Positions 11,501 through 23,500 of a DNA stretch of 64,000 nucleotides are shown piece after piece. Where the stretch lies: the NCBI GenBank assembly GCA_013265495.1, contig MU057377.1, forward strand, positions 526,939 to 590,938. Direction: 5' to 3'. Source of the DNA: Vicugna vicugna (Eukaryota). The position numbers and the translations under genes are program-made. Position 1 is the first letter of the stretch. Every line of letters begins with the position of its first letter. The notes beneath the pieces are model-generated. The model was not told where the DNA came from. It worked only from the letters and a program-made list of their open reading frames with translations, and ran no database searches.

Positions 11501-14500
11501 AAATGGACGGATTGCCCAATATTACTATACTTTTGAAAGATACTACTTTCCAATGAGCATAAATCAGCATTTGACCTTCTCCTGCTTGGCCGGTCACACA
11601 ACTAAAACGGGGAGACAAGAGGCTCGCATCGCGTGCACAGCAGCCGGCTGGTACCCAGAACCACGGTGCTTCAGTAAGTCGGTGAAGGGCTCCGCTAGTG
11701 TGCGAATGTGCAAACTGATCAGCTTGTAAAAACTGGGTCCAGTGAAATAAGGCAAGTGTTTAAACCTTTGGTAGATAAGAACAAAATCATCAGCCCATAG
11801 TCTTCTTTACAAAATGAAAGCATATCCTGAAATTCTGTAAATCAAGTCTTTCATTAAAATGTGATCTTTTCCATCTGTTTTTAATAATACCCTGTGAAAA
11901 GGATAAGGATAATTATTGAAATTGTTGTTATCACGTTGCAAGGAACAGCACTGAGTTACTTCAAGGAATGCAAACTTATGCAGATAATTGTGCAAAAGCC
12001 AGAAAAATACTTGACATTGGCCTAAGGATGAACAAATTATTATTCTAATGTTGAATCATTCAAAGCCTCACCTCTCCTTGGTATACCAACTGTCTTCTCT
12101 TCAAATACCCATTGAAAAATGTTTTTTTCTGAAATTTGAGGTCACACTTGTGAAAAGGAAGCCGATTAGTGCATCTCAATGTTTCACGTCAGTCTGTGCT
12201 GGAGTCAGACTGTCAGCTGGCTCTCACTGGGTCCGGTGGCCTCTCTCGATTGAAGGCTTCCCGAAGCCCTGTTTTGCAGAGGAAGGGGCTTTACTTGAGT
12301 CTGTTCCATTTAGAAGAGAAAGTGGATATGGTCAGTATGGCGGCTAAAATGTCCAGTAAATGTGTCCATGGGATAATTATCCATTCTATGACCTGAGGAC
12401 AGACTATGAATGTGAGCATTGCACTTTTAGTGTGAGCATGGACCATAGATTAATGCTAGAAAATAAATCTCACTTATATCTAGAGCATTAGGGTAAATTA
12501 AACACCCTAGGTTTATTGACTCTTTTAGATTGGAGGTGAGAGCAGTGAAGTAGGGGCCAAAGCAGGATGAGGCGGGTTTAGCACTGCAGTGTCGTGGTCA
12601 AGACACACCCTCTGCGAATGGACTGCTGTCTGTGAATCCCCCTCCACTACTGGGAAGTGGCTGAAACATTCTGAACCAGAGTTTCTCAGCTATAAAATGG
12701 GAATCATGCTGCTTCAATGAGATAATCCTTGTAAAGTGCTTGCCACACAGCAAGTATGACATCGATTTAAACAAATGTTAACCTTGGGCAAGTCTCTTTG
12801 CCTTTCTGGATTGATTTGTTATGGGGTCCATGAATGAGGCTTAAAAAATGATTGAACTCCATACAACACTAAGGCAAATGTGATATCCAACACATCACTG
12901 TTCCAAGTCTTTACTAAAATACTCCGGACTCATATGCTTTGAGTGACATGTCTGTGATTCAGTCACAGTCTACGTGGCCTGACTCTGTCTGAAGTCCTGC
13001 CACGCAGGTAGCCCATCAGACGTTGAAAAAAATGAATGAACACAGTTTTCACACTAAGTTGTCTGCAGAATGATTTAAGGATCCACACAGTAGGTGTATG
13101 TTCTTTAGTTACATGATGTTAAAAATTATCAAACACAGTGGACTCAAAAGTACCAAGAAAGTAAGTCCAAAAGAAATTCCTGTTATTTGCCATTAATGAC
13201 AATTAGTTAGAGGAAGAGCTCTGGATATATTTTCTAAAATAGTTGAGGCAGGGGTAGGAATGACTCTGAGAGCTGAAGTTAGTACATACCAAGAATTTCG
13301 GTGTCAAATTAAATCCACATTTAAAGAAATTTGATGCACAACATGCAGGGTATTTCCAAAATTAAACTAAATCAAGAACTTGTGGAGTGAACATTTTTTC
13401 CTCTCTCTCCTTAAAATTCCAAGAATAATGTTAAACATTTGAGAAACTTCATCAATTTAGAAAAGAAATTTTTTTTTCTCATAGAAAAATGCCCTAAGCC
13501 TGACTTAAGAAATGGCTACATCTTTGATACAAAATTATCTTACAACATTCAAGAGAACATGCGCTACGGTTGTTCGTCAGGATATAAAACCACTGCAGGG
13601 CAGGATGAAGAAGTGGTTCAATGCCTCCCTGATGGATGGTCCTCTCAGCCAGCCTGTAGGAAGGAGCATGGTACGTGCTTAAGAGTCATCTCCTAAATCT
13701 GTAGATAAGGGCCTGTGGGTTTAGTGCTTTCTTGTATTGGTAGGCATTTTTATTTAATATAATTGTTAATATAATTGTTCTGGATGCAGGAAGTTGTTAT
13801 ATTATTTCTCTCAAATGCTAAGTGTTTCCTTCATCCAGGAATTCCCAACGGCTACCACACCTACTCCAGGAGTTCCTACTTTCTACTGGTAAAAAAGGAG
13901 TTGGAGTGGAATAAAAGGAAAGAGTCTTAATGAACATATTTTTTGCAACATACATAATTATTATTTCCTTCATTAGAGAAGAATTCAAAACAATGCACAT
14001 TATTTTATACTATAAACCAATATCATATAAACTTAAAAATAATCCAATAATTTGTATATATATACACACATATATACAAACATATATATGTATACTTTGT
14101 TAACATGTTGTTAGTTATTTAAATTATACAAATCCACAGATGGGACATCATCAAGAAATACTGCAAAAGCCTTCTGTTGAATTATGGCTTTTGGTCAAAC
14201 ACACTGGACTAAAATTGTAAGAACAGAAGACGGCTGGGGTTAGGACACAAGGTGCATGAGGAAAGGGAAGCGAGAAGCAGAGGGAAACTTTGACTGTTTT
14301 TCAATGTTGCCAAGAGTTGCTTCTGTCATATATTCTTAAGATTCAGGGAGAACACTTTTTGAGATTTCTTTTTAATTACTCTAGGTTTCGTGATAAAGTT
14401 CATAAAACAAATGACTTTAATTTCTTTTTAGAAATGTGCTTGGCCCCTGAATTACATCATGGAAATTATTCCACAACACAGAAAACATTCAGAGTGAAGG

Positions 14501-17500
14501 ACAAAGTACGATATGAATGTGCCCCCGGGTACCACACAGCTTCCGGGAAGAGGACGGAGGAGGTGGAATGTCACTCGTACGGGTGGGCTCTCCCCCCACG
14601 ATGTGCCAGTAGGTTCTCACTTTGAACACAGCTGCTTTCACTCTGAAACTCCCTCTCGAACAGAAATGGGTACAAGTTGCCTGCTAATTATGTTCCTTTT
14701 TTTATACTTTGTTTCTGGTTTTAATGACGTTGACAGTAGGCTTTGATCATTTCAACGTCTCAAATAGGAAAAATTCTTTTTAGCTCAGATAATTTAAAAT
14801 CAAATAAGCTCAATGTTATTTAATAAATACATCAATTGACAAGCTTTTACTGTGAATAACAAAATATGGCAAATTTGCTGATTTCTAGTTCAGATGTGGC
14901 ACATAAGTAGGAGGTGGATTTTGTTCCAGCAAAAAATAACACTTCTTTGTATTTTTTATTCTTTCATTTTTAGAATTAAAATGCTCTTCCTTAAGATTAA
15001 TAGAAAATGGTTATTTTCATCCTGTAAAGCAAACCTATGAAGAAGGAGACGTAGTTCAGTTTTTCTGTCATAAAAATTATTACCTCAGTGGATCTGACCT
15101 AATTCAGTGCTATAACTTTGGTTGGTACCCAGAATCTCCTGTCTGTGAAGGTGAGTTTTAAAATTTAATACTCACACAAATAAAATGTCATGTCTGAATC
15201 AGCTTTAATTTCTATGAAAAAAAAGTCTCTGATGACATCTAATTCTTGTCCCAAGTGATATTTTTAAAAATAAATACTGCCTTTTAGATCAGTATTATTT
15301 TCTGCAATCTTTAATACATTTAATCTGAAGAAATCTTAAGTTTTATATTAGTTTGTAGAGTGGATATATGTTTTAAACATATTTTTAAAAATCTCATTAT
15401 AAATTTCAAATCTCTTACTATAAAGAAAAACTTTTCTTATTATAATTGATCCAGTTGTCCCCAGTTAGCAGCTATATGAAGGTACTTTCTTATTATTTGG
15501 CCACATGTTTTCTTATGTGAAAATACTGTTTTCAAAACAGTGGGGGAAAGAGTAAAAAAAGCAGCAGAATGTTTCCCAGAGTGAAAATGAAAAATGAGGT
15601 CATCTAGTAAGAGCTGCCCTAAAGTGGAATGTCTGTGTTACGTTGCTGTCACTGGATGTGTTCAAGCAGGTGGTGTGATCACCCGTTAGGAGACAGCAAT
15701 GCAGTCTCACGTGATCACACCTGCAGTGCTAAATGACGGAGGTCCTGGTCCAGCAGGGGAAACAGAGAGAACAGAGTAACTGATACAGTGTGACAAGCGG
15801 TAGAATAAAGTCAGGTGTAAAGTATTTGAACCAACATTAAAGACTCCGATTGATACTGTACGGGACAGCGTGACAGAGGTGATGGATGGTGTTTGACCTG
15901 AGCCTTAAAGGATAAATGAGAGTTTGAGGATTGGGAGGGAAGGGGGAGGTGGAGGGCGTGGTTGCCTCTATTTTCTCTGTAATGTAGAAAATAGTGCCAT
16001 TTTAACACGCAGGAGAAAGATGGGAAAGTAAAACTTGGAAGACAGTGGTGAGGATCTGAAACAGTTGCTGGAAGGCGTGAAAGAGGGGTGACCAAGAGCA
16101 CATAATGGGATTGCCCAGAACTGCCGTTATTTCTAAATGCACTGAACGATGACTAATTTTTGTTGTTAAAAATAGTCTTTTTAAAATTTCCAGTGGTCTA
16201 ATAGTAGAAAGGAAGATTATTAGCAAATTGTCTGTAGCATATTATTTCAAAAATAAATGGCAGACATACTTCTCACCAATTCCACACTCCCCCAACCCAA
16301 TTAGTCAGGTGCCAATGTTCCCGTTATGTTTTCTAGTCAATAGTCGTTAGATGCAGACTAGGCAGTGTAGTGGTTCGAATAACGCCTCCTGCCCTCCTGA
16401 CACACCCCCACCTCCCCAAAGACATCCAAATCCTAACCCCTGGAACCAGCGAGTGTTACCTTATATGGCGAAAGGGACTTTGCAGACGTGGTGAATGTAA
16501 GGAATGGCGGTGGGAATAACATCTGGGATGACCTGTGTGGGCCCTAAAGGTAGTCACACGCATCATAAGTATGAGAGAGGAAGAGGGAGATCTAACCAGA
16601 GAAGGTCGAGTGTGAGATGTGACTATGGGAGAAGAGGTCGGAGTGGAAGAGCAGAACTGAAAAGCCCAGGCTAGCGGGCAGCCCCCCAGAAGCTTGAAGA
16701 GGCAAAGACGCAGCTTCTGTCCTAAAGCCTCCCGAAGGAGTGCAGCTCTCCTGACTCCTCAGTGTCAGCCCAGTGAAACCGATCCTGGACTTTGGCTCCC
16801 AGAGCTGTAAGAGAATAGATTTGTGCTATTTTAAGGCACTACTTTGTGGTCATTTGTCACGGCAGCCATGGGAACTTAACATAGTCAGTATTTTAGAACA
16901 GATTAGAGCAGGAGATTTTAATTCAGACACGGGTTCAGGAATAGATCCACCACTTACTCATTATTCACTTACTTGGTAAGTTTTAGTTTCTCCGTCTATC
17001 AGATGGGAGATGTAATAGTCCCCACTTAGCAGTTATTTTAAGATTAAAGGAGGTAAAGAATGTAGAATGCTTGCTTCTTTTAGTTTTCTATTGGCACATG
17101 AACCACACACTCGGCAGCTTAAAAACCACACACTGACGTTCTTTCACAGTTTCCGTGGGGTAGGGTTCCTGGTGTGGCTGAACCAGCTCCGTGTCTGTGT
17201 CTAACCAAGCTGCAGTCAGGGTGTCAGGCAGGCCTGTGGTGTCATCTGAGGCTGGCATGGGGAAGAGTCTGCTTTCAAGTTCACTGAGGCTGCTGGCAGC
17301 TTTCAGGGCTTGGCAGGCTGCTGAGCAGAGCCTCGGTCTCTTCCTGGCTGCCCACCGGTGTGCCCCCTGCTCTGTGACCCTCGTCATTTGGAAGCTTATA
17401 AGGAGACAGCTTGCTTCCTTTCAAAATCTGCAGGGAGAGGGTCTCTGGGCAAGAATGGCCTTGCAATATTATGTTGCATCAGCACGTGTGTGTTATCACA

Positions 17501-20500
17501 CATCCCGCCCTCCAGGCTGTGTTCACTGGTTAGAAGCAGGTCCTACTTCCTGCTCTTGTTGGGGTGGGGGGGGCTTGACTCAAGGAAGTGCAGGTCAGGA
17601 TGTGGGGATCGAAGGGGTGACCCCAGTCTGTCTGCCACACTTCTTGTGGTCCTTGGCACGACAGACAGCTTACGAAATCTTAGGCTTTGTGCTCTAATTA
17701 TATGACCAAATACCCTGACGCTTTTCCGTAAGGAAGAAGAAGTCGGTGTGCCCCTCCGCCTCTGCCGGCCAACTCCAGCGTTCAAGCGCACGCGGCCACT
17801 TACCGCCACGGGGCAGCGGTGCGCGTGTCGTGTGAACTGCACTTCGAGATGCAGGGGCCGGAGGAGATGCGTTGTGAAAATGGAAAGTGGACAGAGCCTC
17901 CGAGATGCGTGGGTCAGCAACACCTCAAATCAGCCTTCCCGAAAATGAAATCCGTGGGTGGAGCTAAACGGTCTCCCCTCTTTAACTTGTCCCTGTTCAG
18001 AGGCAGGCGAGCGGGAGGCCTGCGGCGAGCCACCCTTCGTTGAGAACGCGGCGGCGCAGCCCTCCTCCGGGCGCTTCCACGGCGGGGATAAGGTGACGTA
18101 CGCGTGCGCAGCAGGGTACCACCTCCGTGGACCCCCGGAGATAGCCTGTCGCGGCGGGCAGTGGACCGCGCCCCCGGCGTGCGCGGGTAGGTGGGCGGCA
18201 GCGCACGCTGGGCCTGCGGTGAGCGTGTCCGTCCCGAGGCGCTCGCAGCGCCGGCCCGTTGCTCAGAGGCCTTCCAAGCCGGTGCCCTGGCACAGCACCA
18301 GCTCCGCTGCTCTTCGTGAGTGTGTGGCGCCTCTGTAGATCATAATCCAAGGTAAAGAGGTGGGCAACCGAAGCAAGTTTTGAATGTCCTGATGGTGGTA
18401 CTTTTGCGTCGGGCCAGGCTTGGCCCTAATAAGCCCTTGTGAGCCATACACCTGGTCGTTCTCTCCCCGAGGGGCACAGCCGGGCCACGGTACCGCTCCC
18501 GGCTGCTACCCTTCCTGTGAGCCTTCTCCTTTCTTGATCAGGTCCGGGAGGGACCGCCACAAACATGTTTACACAATAGAGAGAAGCTATTAAGCATGCT
18601 GGAGAAATGAGCAGAATGAGGGAAAGACTCTGAAGACAGAGAGGAAAACGGAAATTTTCATCCCTGGGTTGTCTGAGATCTGAGATGAATAAGGATGAAA
18701 AGGGAAAGATCAAAATGGATAGTGACTAAGGATAGTTTTAGAACTGACCATAATCTTCAGGTTAAAGAACACTGTTTACCTTTCTGTATGTCCTAAGATT
18801 ATCTATATTATGATTTCTTCATAAGCAAGGAAAGCGAAAAATATGCATACTTGTTCTTAGGCAAAACGTTCGCCGTTTACTTTCACTTAGTAAATTTTAA
18901 CAATACTTGAGCTGAACGTTTCTCTCATTTCTGGTGAATTTAGAAATCAGTTGTCCTAAATTACATAGTACAAATATCGAAGTGCTCTTGTATGGGTAAC
19001 TGTATTATATCATGATGTTCTTGTAAGTCCACGTTAACTTTAAAATAACCTCTTTTTCTTAGAAAATACTGAGAATTGTAATGCTCCCCCTGTTGTAATA
19101 AACGGGGCTGTTGTTGGTGAACCACTGACCAGCTACACAACGGGATCCTCGGTGGAATATAGATGCAATGAGTACTACCTGTTGAGGGGAGAAAAGCTGT
19201 CTCACTGTGAACAAGGAAAATGGTCACCCCCACCTGTTTGCTTAGGTAAGACAGAGAATGCATAGAACCAAAAGATTTTTTCCCTGGCTTTATTGAGATA
19301 CATTCGACATAACATTGTGTAAGTTTAAGGTGTACAATGTGATAATTTGATACACAAATATATTGCGAAATTATCACCACAGTAAGATTAGTTTACGTAT
19401 CCTTCACTGCATGTAATTTTCTTGGTTGTCGTGATGAGAGCATTTAAGCTTCTGGCCACTTTCAAGGGTACAAAACAATACTGCTGACTCTAGTCCTCAC
19501 GCTGTAATCAGATCCCCGGAACTTACTCTGTTTGTATAAGAACACATTGAATTTGTTTCACCCTTGTGTTTGTATTCTTTGTAATCTATTTAAACAAAAT
19601 TTTTCCTTCCAGTTTTATTGAAATATAATTGACATACAGCATCTATATACTTTTTGGAGGAGAGTGGTTGTATTAACAGATTTATTTTTTAAATGGAAGC
19701 ACTGGGGATTGAACCCAGGACCTTGTGCCTGCTAGGCAAGCACTGTGCCACGAGCTGTACCCTCCCCCTGTGTTTGTATCCTTATGTGATTTTCATGCAA
19801 TGTTTTATGCATGGAAAAAAATGATTTTGTATAAATTTTTTTCAAATATTTTCCCTTATAAGTTCTGTAAGCAAAAAATCCCTAATATCTTAGCGTTTAG
19901 GAGTGTACTAGTTGTTGCCCCACTACTTTTTAAAAAAATTGTGGCAAAATAAGAACAATAAAACGTTACCAGTTTAACTGTCATTAAGTGTGCATTTCAG
20001 TGGCGTTAAGTATTTTTATATTTTGGGGTCTGATTACATTGTGTTGCCTTTCTCCTAACTGAAGTTTCCCCTTAGTGCAGTCCTCAGGGTCTCTCAGCTA
20101 TCCTCAGAATGCTGAGGAGCACTGAGAAGAATAATCAGTCTACTGCTTTCCCCGGGAGAGCGTGGGGTTAGTAACTTCCTTTGCCACTGCTTCCTCGATT
20201 GAATGGTCACCTTTGTTTTCTCTTGTTGAGCAAATAAAAACGTGTTGTATTCACTGATGTGCACCGAGTGATAAGCGTTCCACAAATATTATACAACTAA
20301 ATGCATTTTCTAGCTCAAGAATTTTATTTTTTAGGAAGGAAATCATGATGAACCTAAGTGGTTGATGGTTCTAATTTTTTTGTTTGTTTTTAACGTTTCA
20401 AATTAAGTGGTTTTAATTTATGATACAATGAAGAGAATATGAAACAAATTCATTTGATAGCAATAAAGGATCTACTTTGTTATGTATGTGTGCAGAGAGC

Positions 20501-23500
20501 TTTAATGATGACAGATGGTCCATATAAAATACAGCTTTTGATGCTTATCATCATTTTTATCGTAACAATGTGTCACTTTCATATTTTTCCAATGAGTTTT
20601 AGAAAGAGCCTTTGTTTTACAGAGCCGTGCACTGTGAATGTGGACGACATGCACAGAAGTAACCTGGAGATGAAGTGGCAGTATGAAGGGAAGATCTTAC
20701 ACGGAGACTTGATCGATTTTGTGTGCAAGCAGGGATATGACTTGCCCCCACCAACTCCGCTTTCCGAGTTGTCTGTGCAGTGCGACAGAGGACGAGTGAA
20801 GTATCCCTTATGCGTTAGGAAAGGTAAACCAATAGCACTTCCTGACAATGTCTCAGCCGATCAACATCACCGCTTGGGTTCAAGGCAGAAGTCCGTCACC
20901 TGCTGCCCGCCTTGTCTGCACAACTGGGAACCATCTGGTCAATTTCCAGCCAGCACATACACTTAAATAGGGTGGTCCTGCTGACACCCTTCAATTCTAG
21001 GAGTCAGTTTTATAAAGGGAGAAGTCACGAGGCTTCGTAAGTGTCGCCGGACTGTCACAGGACGGCTCGCCCTCCTGCGAGCAGTCAGCACCCCTGTGAA
21101 CCTCGCTCTCTGCAGGGTGTCCTGGGGAGCGGTCGCAGGGAGGGCTGGATGTAAGGGGGAGATTCTGTGTACTCCCTGGATGCGGGACGGTCACTTTTAT
21201 CAAGAGAAAAGGGAAGAGAATACATACAGAAAGCATGGCTTCAAGAGGCGCCTTCCACACTTTCACTTTGGGCTGACGGAAACGGAAAGATGCAATCATG
21301 ATTGCTAATACTTTGCTAGTTTTAAATGTGCATTTCATACGACAAGATTCGAATTATCATAAATTTTATGGTATGAAGTTATGGCAGAAATGCCCTCAAT
21401 ATTTAAAAGTCACTTGAGCGTTGTCTTAAAACTGCCCTTACATGAAACACCTGCCCTTGTTTCTGCAGCAACTGTGAAGGTGCTGGGTGCCTGTCGTAGC
21501 GACTCATGACTTTAACAATTATTGTTGCAGAATTTAAAAGAACGTGTGCGTCTCCCCCACTTATTAAGAATGGAGTCATCAAGGGGTCAACGGCGGGCAC
21601 CTATGAAAACGGCTCCTCCGTGGAGTACAGGTGTTTCGAACACTATTTCCTGCAGGGGTCCCGGGAGGCCTACTGCTCAGAGGGCGCGTGGACGGCGCCG
21701 CCGCTGTGCTTAGGTACGTGCGCTCTCCGCTTAGCAAAACCAAACCGCGCCTTTCCCTTTCCCTTTCCCTTCTCTTTGAGTCGCTGTAACACTAACATGA
21801 TGCTCACTTCGGTGCATCTGTGTGGTTTTATTAGTGTGCCTGTTTAATGACTGGCTTCTCTTCTTTCCCGGAGACCACACATAACCAGAGCCCAGCTCGA
21901 TCTAGTGCTTTCTGAGCACAAACCGCACAGCGGGCTCTGGTTTGGTGGGGGCTTTGGATGAAGAAGCCGTTGGTGTGACTGGGGCGCCACGGAAAGCTCA
22001 AGGACCAGGCGGGGCGCGGGCAGAGATGCGCAGGGCCTGTTTTCAGGTTTTCCAGTTCTCAGGAGAAGTGCTGGTCTGGTACAGGCGTCTCTGTCACAGC
22101 TGAGAGCAGAAGTTCTGTGGATCAGTTTGTAACTAGTTTTAATTTAAACTGCATGTTTTGTAGAACAGTGACCTTCTACATGACAGCACCGTTTGGCCTC
22201 ATTTTCAAAACAATTTGGCTGCGACTTTAAAGACCCTATTAGACTCTTTCTAGTAATCCCTGTCCACTCGTCCTCCATCTGGAGCACGTCCGGTGCAACG
22301 TCGGACACGTGGCATCTGTGAATGCTTGTCGGGAGTGACTGGGTAGAGTTCTGATGTGTCACGGTTACACGATTGATCTGCTGTGTTAGCAAATCTGGAC
22401 CTTTCATTGCTCTCAGAAGCCACGGCTTAGTGCTGGGGCACCCAGGAGGCAAATGAGAACACAAGTCGCCCCCTTTTCTGAAATGATTTGATAGTTGACA
22501 TTTTAAAAATACCGATATTTTTATCTTAAAAAAACAAAAAAGTTTGTTGGGTATCCTTATACTTAAGTTTTTATTTTGTTTTGTTTTAATGCACAAGGAG
22601 AAGGTCACAATAATACTGTCAAAGCTTAGAATTTAAAGCATCTCAGTCCAGTCTTGATATTTCTTAATAAGGGGGAATTTAGAAGAGAAGAAATTGTCAA
22701 TTACTTTGGATACCCTTTATGCATCAGGTCATAAAGTCTGAGTCAGTGTTGAGTATGCAGCTTATTTCTGCATTTCCAAAAAAATACTGTCTGTCCAATA
22801 ATCAATGATTTGTCTCGTGGGTATTTTATTTGAACTTTCTGAAGAAGAAAAAGGAAAAAGAATGTGATTTCAGTGACTATGGGTAACTATCAGTATTCTT
22901 AAAAAAAAAAAAACGCCTGTTTTTGTTTTCTGTCTTTGAAAAACTCAGTAACTGACAGGATGTACCCTTTTTCCAAATTCAAGGCAACGGAGATAAATGG
23001 CAGACTGTTTTCTGTGAACTTTGAACATATTTTCTTTTAAATCTTATGTATGTATGTATGTTTTATTTGGGGGGTGGGAATTAGGTTTATTTGTTTGTTT
23101 GTTTATTTAATGGAGGCACTGGGGATCGAACCCAGGACCTCGTGCGTGCTAAGCACGTGCTCTGCCCCTGAGCTTTACCCTCCCGACCAGTGAGCATGTT
23201 TTCTGCCTTGAACATTAACCCTGACTAACTTACCGGCAGCTCTCATGCCTGGGAGCTCTAAGGTCGTCATGAAGGGGACTCAGTGGCTCCTGTTAGTGCT
23301 GAGGTGCATCAGGATAGTCTTCTGCTCCTTTTTCTTTTTTTCAGAGCCTTGCACCTTATCTCTCATCACAATGGAAAATAATAATTTACTCCTGAAATGG
23401 AATTTTGACGATAGGCCTTATATTTTCCACGGCGAGTATGTTGAGTTTCTTTGTAAGGGAAATACTTTCATATCCGACTTCCCTAGCATGGGCTCTGAGC

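Noticed and set aside
17191..17697. 168-aa ORF upstream of F13B exon 6
   Set aside because: Overlaps MaLR-like LTR sequence; no protein-family features.
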